A stretch of DNA of 34,001 nt from Chiloscyllium plagiosum (Eukaryota): positions 74,250,317 to 74,284,317 of the forward strand of contig NC_057719.1 in NCBI RefSeq assembly GCF_004010195.1, in the 5' to 3' direction. The notes below the pieces were generated by a model, which had not been told where the DNA came from, ran no database searches, and was given only the letters and a program-made list of their open reading frames with translations. Positions 23,200 through 34,001 of the stretch are shown one piece after another. How positions within the stretch are numbered: the first letter of the stretch is position 1; each line of letters starts with the position of its first letter. Made by a program: the position numbers and the translations under genes.

Positions 23200-25157
23200 G
23201 TTAAATCTCTTGGTCTTTCAATACTATTATACTATTATAGGATAGCTGGGGACGTTAGGGTTACCATATTAGCCTACTTAGTATTGGGATTTTGTCAAAC
23301 GATGCTGTCATTTCTATATTTGTTATTAACGGTCCCTGAGTCTGAATATCCGCAAGTAATAGAAGTCGACGCTTGCAGTCTAGTAGAATGCACAGATGTA
23401 AAGTCTCAGAGGGAGTATATTTCCTCCGAAATCCTTCTTAAAACCCTACCGGACACAAGGTATGGTTCGCAAAAACCACCACCTGGCATCATTATCCATA
23501 GAGACCCCATTCGCCCAGCCTTAGACTGTCCTGACAGAAAGTGCCACTCGATATGTCTCACCATTAAAAACACCTCCTCTGAAGACTCCTTTCCCCGTAA
23601 AAACAGGTCTCAACTCCTTAGTAACGATTTAAAGATAGTAATGGCTGCCATTGGGAAGTGTTTTTTGGCCTGCTGTTTCTGAATAGCCGTAGGAAACAGA
23701 AAACGAGCCAAACAACTTGATAATAAGATACATCCTTTTGCCCCTCCAATGACCCAAAGGTGGTAAAAATTAAAGAGGTGAAGGACTTGAAGCAGACCAC
23801 TGAAATAGAAACTGGATACGGGGACGCAAATGCCTGGGTTAAATGGGTAAAGTACACTGTTAAAACTCTGAATAAAAGCAATTGCTATGCACGTGCCTCC
23901 AGTAGACCAGTTGCCCACAGAGCCCCCTTTCCTTTGGTTGGAACCAAAACAGGAAGGGCATGGAATGTATAATAGCCCTGTATCAGGATAAGACTGCATG
24001 GAATGATAGGAATTGTATATCCCTATCTCTAATGTTCCCTCCCTTGGAAAAGACAGAATTGAAAGTTCCCCTCCCCCCCGTTTTGACCACGGTCAGAGTC
24101 ACACATCGTGTATAAGCCGACGGGGTCAAATCGGTCCAGAGACTTGGGGGAGCTGAGGTTATGTATAGAAACTCAGAATGACACTGAAACGGACAAAGGA
24201 TGGAACTATTCAGCACTCAGGGTTCCCCGGGCGGATCTCTGGGGTACTGTGGAGGCAGAATATTGCGACCTACCCTACCTCCTGATTAGAGAGGGATATG
24301 TGCAATTGTGCAATTGGCAATCCCATTCACCTTGGCATTTGAGAAGAAGGTGGTATTAACAAAGAATGGGAGGAGTAAAAGGTTGTTACTAGATACTTCC
24401 TTTGATGATAGGATTTATCTCGACTCTATAGGAGTTCTTACAGGGGTCCCTGATGAGTTCCAGGCCCGCAACCAGATTGCAGCAGGTTTTGAATCGGCCC
24501 TATTTTGGTGGGTAACGGTCAACAAGAATGTGGATTGAATAAACTATTTTTTTTTACAACCAGCAAAGATTCATCAATTACATTAGAGATGCAGTCAAAA
24601 GGTATTTCCGAGCAACTTGATGCAACCAGCAGAATGGCCTGGGAAAACAGACTGGCCTTAGATATGATCCTAGCTGAAAAAGAGGGTGTATGTGATGTTA
24701 GGCGGTAGCTGTTGTACCTTTATTCCAAATAATACAGCACCTGATGGGTCAATCTCTCGTGCCTTGCGAGGATTGACCACCTTGGCGGAAGAATTAGCTG
24801 AGAACTCAGGAGTGGACACATCACTCACAGGATGGCTGGAATCATGGTTTGGGAAGTGGAAAAGTATGGTAGTCTCTATCCTCACCTCCCTGATAGTGGT
24901 AGCAGGGGTACTGATAGCAATTGGCTGTTGTATCATACCAGTTGCCCACTTGTGTAGAAGGGTTAACCCAGCGGTTAACTGAGACGGCCTTGGCAAAACA
25001 AATGCCTCTAAAAGGTAATCAGGCAGAGGAACTCAACCTCTTGAACAATGAGGGGATGGGTGATCTTAAGGAATTAGCCACTATAAATGAAGTCTCAGGG
25101 ATGATGCTCGCGCATTGGAAGGCAACATATGAGACAAATGCAGAAGACAACATTTAG
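23200..25157 (+). pseudogene. env: ERV envelope, gamma-type SU/TM, frameshifted (start approximate)
   Basis: ETGYGDANAWVKW...SNCYA; furin-like RSKR; GVPDEFQARNQIAAGFES; ISD-like WENRLALDMILAEKEGVC followed (after a frameshift) by CCTFIPNNTAPDG; hydrophobic TM VVSILTSLIVVAGVLIAIGCCII. Confidence 0.9.
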
Positions 25158-25162
25158 TAGCT

Positions 25163-25180
25163 AAGAAGAAAAAGGGGGGA
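25163..25180 (+). other. ERV polypurine tract
   Basis: AAGAAGAAAAAGGGGGGA immediately before the 3' LTR. Confidence 0.9.
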
Positions 25181-25181
25181 T

Positions 25182-25624
25182 TGTAAGGTATAGGTTTAAA
25201 ATTGTGCAGAATAAGGGAACAGGTGTTGTTTCTGCAAAAGCTTACATTATAAAATTAGGCTGCGCATGCAAATACTAAACAGTGAGAAGCAAAAACAGAT
25301 AGAATTATCTATGACTAATAGGGCAGAGCAACCATGTAGCAGGCTTAGAGTAATGGGAGAAGTAAACAGAGGCGGAGAGAAACTAGACAAAGGTGGAGCA
25401 AACTTAGAGCTTGTGATTGGTTACTTTTACTGTAGTGCGTAGCCTATGGGGTGAAAGGGGAGGACCGAGAGATGCAGCTGAACAGCATAAATCAGAATGT
25501 AACCCTCAGATCGGTGTGCTTATTCATTAGGCACCCGTTCTTGCAAGTACATATTAATAAAATTCGCTGCTTCAGAATTTGACTCAGACTGAAATTTATT
25601 CATATGTGAGTTTTGTTTCTCACA
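25182..25624 (+). repeat. ERV 3' LTR (443 bp)
   Basis: Colinear with the 5' LTR except for a missing 237-bp block; AATAAA at 25556-25561. Confidence 0.95.
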
Positions 25625-26868
25625 GTTTGTTATCTATATCAATAATTTGGATGAGAATACACAAGGGATGCTTGTTTGCTGATGACACTAAAATAGCTGG
25701 TATTGTGGATAGTGAGGAAGGTTATCAGAAATTGCAGCAGGACCTTGATCAGCTGGGGAAGTGGGCCGAGAAATGGCAAATGGAGTTTAACACAGATAAG
25801 TGTGAGATTTTGCATTTTGGAAATTCAAATCAAGGTAGGAGTTTCATGATGAATTGTAGGGGCTTAAGGAATGTAGTCGAACAGAGGGTCCTTGGAGTTC
25901 AGGTGCTCAATTCTCTGAAAGTGGAGTCACACATAGACAGGGCAGTGAAGGCAGCTTTTGGCACTCTCCATCAGTCAGGACACTGAATATAGAATTTGGG
26001 AAATTATGTTGTAATTATACAAGATGTTGGTGAGGCCGCACTTGGAGTATTGTGTTCAGTTTTGGTCACCTTGTTATAGGAAGGCTGTTATTAAACGAGA
26101 AAGAGTGCAAAAGAAATTTACAAGGATATTGCCTGGATTCAACGATCTGAGTTTTTTTAAGGTTAGATTCCCTACAGTGTGGAAACAGGCCATTTGGACA
26201 AGTTGTCCACAACAACCCTTCGAAAGAGTAACCCACCCAGGCCCATTTCCCTCTGACTAATGCATCTAATTTTATGGGCAATTTAGCACAGCCAATTCAC
26301 CTGTCCTGCACATCTTTGGACTGTGGGAGGAAACCGGAGCACCTAGTGGAAACCCATACAGACATGGGGAGAATGTACACATTCCACACAGGTCTCTGAT
26401 GCTGTGAGGCAGCAGGGCTAACCACTGAGCCACTGTGCCAAGCTCTAGGAAGAGGATGAACAAGCTAGGATGCTTTTCTTTCAAGCTGAAGGGACTGAGG
26501 GAGGACCTTATAGAGGTATATAAGATCATGAGAGGCATGGATACGGTAAACACATTCAGACTTTTTCCCCAGAGTCAAGGACTAGAGGGCATCAGTTTTA
26601 GGTATGAGGGGAAAGAATACAAAAAGACCCTGAGAAGTAACTTTTGTTTTTACAAAGAGTAGTACACATATGGAATGAACTGCCAGCACAAGTGTTTGAG
26701 ACGGGTATATTAACATTTAAAAGACATTTGGACAAACACATGGATAGGAAAGGATTAGAAAGACGTGGACTCACTGCAGGGAAATTGGGTTAATTGAGCC
26801 GACATTTTGGTCAGCATGTTGGACCAGTTTGGGCCGAAAGGCCTGTCTCCATGCTGTAGGACTCTAAA
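25625..26868 (+). mobile_element. CR1 LINE (5'-truncated; ERV at its 5' edge; SINE inside)
   Basis: LFADDTKIAG...LQQDLDQL...LVRPHLEYCVQFWSP peptides; CR1 3' UTR at ~26790-26868. Confidence 0.9.
26160..26439 (-). mobile_element. HE1-type SINE (diverged, internal deletion)
   Basis: Contains GGACTGTGGGAGGAAACCGGAGCACC and GCTGTGAGGCAGCAGGGCTAACCACTGAGCCACTGTGCC. Confidence 0.88.
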
Positions 26869-27189
26869 TGACCAACATCACTGTCCTTTGAACACAGGTC
26901 CAAGCACGTGATTCTCAACGTGATTCTCCTTACTGCTAAGTCCAGAGTCCCACACAATTTAATAAATCCTCATCCACAGAGGGCAGTGTATCAACTGCAC
27001 AATCAATACCAAACATGAATATAAAACACGGTTCTGCGTAAAACAGTAACTTCGAGTCAGCTCACTTTCTGTGAAGAAACAAACAAGATTACACAACAAA
27101 GAAAACCACATCGATCCGGGTAAACAACCTTCGACAGATCTGTACAGATACAAAGGACATTAGCCTCAAACCTGGGAGGAGGGGGGCTA

Positions 27190-27850
27190 CACAGGATCTA
27201 CTGCCTCACCGGGTGGGATGAAGAGTGTCCCTCGGATCCTGCCTTCTCTGACTGGGATCCTGAGCAGCCCTTCCTTCATGAACCAGCGCTGATTGATGGC
27301 GGTGGCCAGAGGCTGCGCTGGGAGCTGCCCGAGGCTCCAGTGTCCCTCAAAGATCTCGATGTGGACGGACAGGGGAGAAGTGGCGACGTCCCTCTTGACC
27401 AGGCGAGTGAACGGAGTGACGGGGCTGAGCGACCAGAAGAGGCCCATGGGCTGGACGCCGGTGTAGTGTCCCCCCAGGGAGGGGGAGTGAGCCAGGTCGA
27501 GCTGCCCGCGGGGGTCCGCCGTGTAGAAAGCGGCCGAATGGAAAAGCTGCTCCTTCTCGTCGCGGAGCCAAGCCTTGAGGGTGACCTGTTGGAGCGGGGA
27601 GAGGCCGCTCACTCTCACCTCGAGCGGCTCATCGAACAGGCACCGGGGGCTGGGCTGGAGCTGGATGGAGACGGACATACCGGCCCGGGGATACAGGGGG
27701 AGCGGGAGAGGGAGCCCGGCCCGGGGATACAGAGACAGGGATCCAACCTGGCGGAAGTAGCTGGAAACCTGCCCGGGAATAAAAGGGGCGGTGCTCTGAT
27801 CTGCTTCATTGTCCAAGCCGCAGGCCATTCAGCCCATCGGAACTGCGTTG
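27190..27850. promoter_or_regulatory. CpG-island-like region with putative ACOT core promoter (GC box 27785-27791; TATA-like TTTTAT on minus strand 27784-27779)
   Basis: Strongly GC- and CpG-rich relative to the AT-rich flanks. CCGCCCC directly precedes TTTTATT about 100 nt upstream of the ATG at 27678. Confidence 0.6.
27210..27678 (-). CDS. ACOT1-like: Type-I acyl-CoA thioesterase (ACOT/BAAT family), coding exon 1
   Basis: Translation MSVSIQLQPSPRCLFDEPLEVRVSGLSPLQQVTL...GQLDLAHSPSLGGHYTGVQPMGLFWSL...RIPVREGRIRGTLFIPPG matches the ACOT/BAAT N-terminal domain. ATG at 27678; phase-1 donor G|GTGAGG at 27210/27209; exon lies in a GC/CpG-rich island. Confidence 0.95.
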
Positions 27851-27940
27851 ATTTCTTTTGGTGTTACATGTCCCTAAGCACAGTGAAAAGCTCTGGTACA
27901 CCTGTTGACGTTCACAGTGTCTCACACCTGCAAAAAAAAA

Positions 27941-28361
27941 CCTGTGGCTATCGATTATACAAGTATCTTACCAAGGGGTCCAAAAATCATTTCCCTAGCT
28001 TCCCAACGACTTCTTGGGTACACCTGGTCATGTCCCGGAGATTTACCCACCTTATATATTTTAAGACATCCAGCACCTCCACCTCTGTAATATGAACATT
28101 TTTTCAAGATGAAGCTATTTATTTCCCAAGTTCTCTTTCTTCCATGTCCTTCTCCATGGTTAACACTGATGCAAAATATTAATTTAGTATCTCCCCCCAT
28201 CTCCTGCCATTCCACACATCGGTGGCCCTGCTGATTTTTAAAGGGCCCTATTCTCTCCCTAGTTACCTTTTGTCATTAATGTATTTGTAAAAACCTTTTT
28301 GGATTCTCCTTAACCCTATTTGCCAAAGGTTCAGAAAAGATTTACAAGGATGTTGCCAGAG
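27941..28361 (-). repeat. CR1-derived segment; inverted duplicate of 29281-29693
   Basis: Shares a chimeric CR1/CR1 junction and diagnostic variants with 29281-29693. Confidence 0.85.
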
Positions 28362-28837
28362 GAAGTGGTGGAAGTTTAGAATCCCCTCAGTCTAGGGCAC
28401 TGGTTGGTGCTACAGTCAGTATGCTCCTGTTGGCTCTGAGGAGGAGAGTTTCTTTGTCTTCTTCCCCACCCCACCCCACCATCCCCTAAACCCCTAGCTT
28501 GAGGAATATATTTGTTTCTTTTTTTTTGTAAAAAATGAAAAACTCTGGTTTGTGAGCAGCGCAGGCAGGTCATAGCAAACAGATAAAGGGATGGCTGGAA
28601 AATGGGAAGGCTTCAAACATGAGATAGAGAATCCAGAGAGATTATGTTCCTGTTAGGGTGAAAAGCAAGGCTGGTAGATGTAGGGAATGCTGGATGGCTA
28701 CAGAATTTAAGATTTTGGCCAAGAATAAGAAGGAAGCACATGTCAGGTTAAAGACAGCAGAAATTGAGCGGTTCCTTAGAGTATAAAGACAGTAGAGACT
28801 TGAGGGAAATCAGGAGGACAAAAAGGGGACATGAGAT

Positions 28838-29314
28838 AGAGTCATAGAGATGTACAGCACGGAAACAGACCCTCTGGTCCAACTCATCCATGCCGACCAG
28901 ATCCCAACCCAGTATAGTCCCACCTGCTAGCACCCAGCCCATATCCCTCCAAACCCTTCCCATTCATATACCCATCCAGATGCCTTTTAAATGTTGCAAT
29001 TGTACCAGCCTCCACTACTTCCTCTGTCAGCTAATTCCATATACGCACCACCCTCTGTGAAAAGGTTGCCCCTTGGTCTCTTCTATATCTTCCCCCTCTC
29101 ACCCTAAACCTATGCCCTCCAGTTCTGGACCATCAAACCCCAAGGAAGAGACTTTGTCTATTTATCCTATCCACGCCCCTCATGATTTTACAAACCTCTA
29201 CAAGGTAACCCCTCAGCCTCCAAGCTCCGGGGAAACAGCCCCAGCCTATTCAACCTCTCCCTTTCGCTCAAATCCTCCAACTCTGGCAACATCCTTGTAA
29301 ATCTTTTCTGAGCC
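28838..29314 (-). mobile_element. CR1 3' fragment nested in the plus-strand CR1
   Basis: Starts AGAGTCATAGAGATGTACAGCACGGAAACAGACCC; the host CR1 resumes TTTGGCAAATAGG at 29315. Confidence 0.9.
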
Positions 29315-29879
29315 TTTGGCAAATAGGATTAAAGAGAATCCAAAAAGGGTTTTATAAATACATTAAGGACAAAAGGATAACTAGGGAGAGAATAGGGTTC
29401 CTTAAAGATCAGCAGGGCCACCTATGTGTAGAACCGCAGGAGATGGGGGAGATACTAAATGAGTATTTTGCATCAGTATTTACCTTAGAGAAGGACATGA
29501 AAGAAAGAGAATGTGGGGAAATAAATAGCTTCATCTTGAAAAAATATCCATATTACAGAGGCGGAGGTGCTGGATGTCTTAAAATATATAAAGTGGATAA
29601 ATCACCGGGACCTGACCAGGTGCACCGTAGAACTCATTGGGAAGCTAGGGAAATTATTGTTGCTAAGATACTTGTATAATCGATAGCCACAGGCAAAGTG
29701 TCAGAAGACTAGAGGTTGGGAAGGAAAAAACCAGGAAACTATATACTAGTGAACCTAACATTGGTGGAAGATAAGTTGTTAGAGGGAATCCTGAGGGACA
29801 GGATTTACATGTATTTGGATATGCAAGGACTGATTAGGGATAGTCAACATGGCTTGTGCATGTGAAATCTTGTCTCACA

Positions 29880-30020
29880 GGGAGAAAGAGAGGGCTGCAT
29901 TCCTGGTGAAGAGCTAACCTGCTCATTCCTGATGAAGGGCTTATGCCCGAAACATTGATTCTCCTACTCTTCGGATGCTGCCTGACTAGCTGTGCTTTTC
30001 CAGCACCACACTCTTGACTC
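29880..30020 (+). mobile_element. Penelope-derived short insertion with hammerhead core
   Basis: TSD AAATCTTG(T/A)CTCACA at 29865-29879 and 30021-30035; same 3' tail as the 8824 family. Confidence 0.85.
29925..29961 (+). ncRNA. Putative minimal hammerhead ribozyme (probably mutated at the cleavage site)
   Basis: ATTC-CTGATGA-A-GGGC-TTAT-GCCC-GAAA-CA-TT-GATTC. Confidence 0.55.
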
Positions 30021-30562
30021 AAATCTTGACTCACAAACTTGATTGAGTTTTTGAAGTAATGAAGAGGATTGATGAGGGCAGAGCAGTGGACTTGATCTAC
30101 TTGGACTTCAGTCAAGCATTTGACAAGGTTCCTCATGGTAGACTGGTTAGCAAGGTTAGATCACACGGAATACAGGGAGAACTAGCCATTTGGATACAGA
30201 ACTGGCTCAAAGGTAGAAGACAGAGGGTGGTAGTGGAGGGTTGCTTTTCAGACTGGAGGCCTGTGACCAGTGGTGTGTCACAAGGATCAGTGCTGAGTCC
30301 ATTGCTTTTTTGTCATTTTATATAAATGATTTGGATGTGAACATAGATGTGGTTAGTAAGTTTGCAAATGACACCAAAATTGGATGCATAGTGGATAGCA
30401 AATAAGATTACCTCAGGTCACAATGGGATTTTAATCAGATGGGCCAATGGGCTGAGTGGCAGATGGAGTTTAATTTAGATAAATGCGAGGTGCTGCATTT
30501 TGGGAAAGCAAATCTTTGCAGGACTTATACACTTAATGGTAAGGTGCTAGGGAGTGTTGCGG

Positions 30563-31444
30563 AACAGAGACCTTGGAGTGCAGATTCATAGTTCCTTGAA
30601 AGTCGAATTGCAGGTTGATAGAATTGTGAAGAAATGCATTGAATGTAAGAGTTGGGAGGTACAAGAGATTGGTTTGTCCACTTTGGGAATACTGCATACA
30701 ATTCTGGTCATTCTGCTATTGGAAGGATGTTGTGAAATTTGAAAGGGTTCAGAAAGGATTTACAAGGATGTTTCCAGGGTTGGAGGGTTTGAACTATAGG
30801 GAGAGGCTGAATAAGCTGGGGGTATTTTCCGTGGAGCATCGGAGGCTGAGGGGGTGACCTTATAGAGGTTTACAAAATCATAAGGAGCACAGATAGGGTT
30901 AACAGAAAAAGTCTTTTCCCCAGGGTGGGGAGTCCAAAACTGGAGGGCATTGGTTTAAGGTGAGAGGGGAGAGATTTAAAAGGGACCTAAGGGACAATGT
31001 TTTAACAGAGACCTTGGAGTGCAGATTCATAGTTCCTTGAAAGTCGAATTGCAGGTTGATAGAATTGTAAAGAAATGCATTGAATGTAAGAGTTGGGAGG
31101 TACAAGAGATTGGTTTGGCCACTTTGGGAATACTGCATACAATTCTGGTCCCTCTGCTATTGGAAGGATGTTGTGAAATTTGAAAGGGTTCAGAAAGGAT
31201 TTACGAGGATGTTTCCAGGGTTGGAGGGTTTGAACTATAGGGAGAGGCTGAATAAGCTGGGGCTATTTTCCCTGGAGCATCGGAGGCTGAGGGGGTGACC
31301 TTATAGAGGTTTACAAAATCATAAGGAGCATGGATAGGGTTAACAGAAAAAGTCTTTTCCCCAGGGTGGGGAGTCCAAAACTGGAGGGCATAGGTTTAAG
31401 GTGAGAGGGGGGAGATTTAAAAGGGACCTAAGGGACAATGTTTT
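30563..31444 (+). repeat. 441-bp tandem duplication within a CR1
   Basis: 30563-31003 and 31004-31444 are near-identical; ORFs 30639 and 31080 encode almost the same peptide. Confidence 0.95.
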
Positions 31445-31859
31445 CATGCAGAGGATGGTGCATGTAAGGAATGAGCTGCCAGAGGACATGGTAGAGGCCG
31501 GTACAATTGCAACACTTAAAAGGCATCGGGATAGGTATATGAATAGGACGAGTTTAGGAGGATATGGGTCAAATGCTGGCAAATGTAACTAGATTTATTT
31601 AGGATATCTCATTGGCATGAATGAATTTGATCGTAGGGTCTGTTTCCATGTTGAGTATCTATGACTCGATCTAGTTCCTTCATACATATCAGGAAAAGTC
31701 AGGGGCACAACACTCTTGTCTGGTGCTACAAATCTTCAAGCCTGAAGAACATCTTTTAGCAAAAACTGTGTTTCCTGTTTTCCAGACAGTTCTGTATTCA
31801 CATTGCTGCTGTCCCTTTTATTCCACTGTTTATATCATTGCTCATAAGTACAACTAGCT

Positions 31860-33745
31860 AAGAGGAAAAGGGAAGTGTACATAAGATCTAGGCAGCTAAG
31901 AACAGAATGGGCCCTGGAGGAATATTGGAAGAGTAGGACTAGTCTTAGGTAAGGAATCAAGTGGGCTAAAAGGGGTCATGAAATAGCTTCAGCAAGCAGC
32001 CTTTTATTCTTATATAAGAAGCAAGTGGGTAACTAAAGGATAATGAAGGAAGGCTGTGTGTCAAACTTGAGAGAATGGGTGAGATTCTGAATTATTACTT
32101 TGCATCAGTGTTCACTGAGGAGAGGGACATGATGTATGTTGAGATTAAAGATAGAAGTTTGATTAGTCTGGATCACGTTGACATAAGTTGGGAAGATGTG
32201 TTGGGTAGGCTGGAGGTTATTAAGGTGGACAAATCCCCACCTTAGCTGGGGCCCTGACAGATATCTTTGTGGCACCCTTAAACACAGTCGAGGTGCTGGA
32301 GGACTGGAGGGTTGCTCATGTTGTCCCCCTATACAAGAAGGGTAGTAGGGCTTTTCCGGGTAACTACAGACCAGTGAGCCTGACGTCAGTGGTGGGAAAC
32401 TTGTTGGAGAAGATACTGAGGGATAGGATCTATTTATATTTAGAAAAGAATGGGCTTATCAGTGATAGGCCACATGGTTTTGTGTGGGGGAGATTGTGCC
32501 TTACCAATTTAGAGTTATTTGAGGAAGTGACCAAGTTGATAGATGAAGGAAGAGTTGTTGATTCATATATATGGTCTTTATTAAAGCATTTGATAAGGTT
32601 CCCCATGGTAAACTAACAGAGAAAGTGCAGTCATATGGTGTACAGGGTGTTCTCGCTAGGTGGATAAAGAACTGGTTGAGCAAAAGGAGGCAGAGAGTAG
32701 TAGTTTAAAGGAGTTTCTTGAAATGGAAAAAGGTAACCAGTGGTGTTCCACAGGGATCAGTGCTGGGGACATTGTTGTTTGTGATATACATAAATGATCT
32801 TGAAGAGGTCATTGTTGGTCTGATCAGTAAGTTTGCAGATGACACCGAAGATTGGTGGAATAGCAGAAAGCATAAGGGACTGTCAAAGAATACAGGAGAA
32901 TATAGATATACTGGAGAGTTGGGCAGAGAAGTGGCAGATGGAGTTCAATCCAGGCAAATGTGAGGTGATGCATTTTGGCAAGTCTAATTCTCGGGCGAAT
33001 TATACAGTGAATGGAAGAGCCTTAGGAAAAGTTGATGAGCAGAGAGATCTGGGAGTGCAGGTCCATTGTACCCTGAAGGTTGCTGCACAGGTGGATAGCG
33101 TAGTCAAGGCGGCACATGGTATGCTTGCCTTTATTGGACGGGGTATTGAGTATGCGAGCTGGCAGGTCTTGTTAAAATTGTGCATGACGTTGGTTCGGCC
33201 ACATTTAGAATACTGTGTACAGTTCTGGTTACTACATTACCAAAAGGATATGGACGCTTTGGAGAGGGTGCAGAGAACGTTTATGAGATTTGTTGCCTGC
33301 TATGGAAGGTACTAGATATAAAGAGAGGTTGAGTAGGTTAGGTCTGTTTTCATTAGAAAAAAGGAGATTGAACGGCAACCTGATTGAGGTCTACAAAATC
33401 ATGAAGGGTATAGACAGGGTAGATAGAAATAAAGCTTTTTCCCAGGGTGAAGGATTCAATAACGAGAGGTCACGCTTTCAATGTGAGAGGGGAAAAGTTT
33501 AAGGGTGATACATGTGGCAAGTACTTTACACAGAGGGTGGTGGGTGTTTGGAATATGTTGCCAGCAGAGGTGGTAGAGGCAGGCACGGTAGATTCATTTA
33601 AGATGTGTCTGGACAGATGCATAAGTAGGTGGGGAGCAGAGGGATACAGATGCTTAGGAATTGGATGACAGGTTTAGACATTAAATTTGGAGCGGCTCAG
33701 GCTTGGAGGGCCAAACAAACTGTTCCTGGGCTGTAAATTTTCTTT
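31860..33745 (+). mobile_element. CR1 LINE, different subfamily, decayed
   Basis: VVPLYKKG...PGNYRPVSLTSVVG, GVPQGSVLG, FADDT and LVRPHLEYCVQFW motifs. Confidence 0.92.
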
Positions 33746-34001
33746 GTTTGGTAGTGACAATATTTCAGTTGAAAAAAGGGAACTATGGAGCTATGAGGGA
33801 GGAGGTGGCCAAAGTTCAATGGTGCAATACCTTAGCAGGGAAGACAGTGGAGGAATAATGGCAGATATTTCTGAGTATAATGCAGAAGATGCAGGATCAG
33901 TTCATTCCAAAAAGGAAGAAAGATCTTAGGAGGAGGCATGGGATGCCGTGGCTGACAAGGGAAGTTAAGAAACATATAAAGTTAAAAGAGAAAAAGTATA
34001 A

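Larger units (their letters stand above)
20232..25624 (+). mobile_element. Defective endogenous retrovirus (class I-like) in ACOT intron 1, antisense to the host gene
   Basis: Two TG...CA LTRs, TSD GTTTG (20227-20231 and 25625-25629), PBS, PPT, and recognisable gag, integrase and env remnants. Confidence 0.95.
28560..31670 (+). mobile_element. CR1 LINE with nested minus-strand CR1, Penelope-derived insert and internal tandem duplication
   Basis: Consecutive CR1 ORF2 peptides in ORFs 29443, 30059, 30639, 31080 and 31401; 3' UTR ending ~31668. Confidence 0.9.

Noticed and set aside
23194..23682. 162-aa ORF between integrase and env as a novel retroviral accessory gene
   Set aside because: Non-ATG start; a hydrophobic stretch followed by EVDACSLVEC fits the frameshifted env signal peptide and SU N-terminus better.
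27340..28095. 251-aa plus-strand ORF
   Set aside because: Antisense shadow of GC-rich ACOT exon 1 running into CR1 sequence; non-ATG start and no recognisable domain.

Overview
Eukaryotic genomic DNA from a cartilaginous fish (shark-type HE1 SINEs, CR1 LINEs and Penelope-derived repeats), mostly transposon-derived. One intact host gene is present on the minus strand: a 3-exon type-I acyl-CoA thioesterase (ACOT/BAAT family; CDS 27678-27210, 15957-15755, 11271-10681; 420 aa; GxSxG/D/H triad; C-terminal SKL peroxisomal signal). Intron 1 carries a deleted, decayed endogenous retrovirus in antisense orientation (20232-25624; two LTRs, tRNA-Pro-like PBS, PPT, 5-bp TSD GTTTG, gag remnants, integrase, gamma-type env; no protease or RT). 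The rest is nested, decayed CR1 LINEs, four HE1 SINEs, a Tx1-like LINE fragment and several Penelope-derived insertions. Three of these are short TSD-flanked elements with minimal hammerhead ribozyme cores, two of them long fold-back palindromes. Four local duplications are visible: two inverted (304-1960 vs ~17775-19370; 27941-28361 vs 29281-29693) and two tandem. I see no convincing wholly new biological system; the hammerhead mini-elements, the ERV and the inverted duplications are the best leads.
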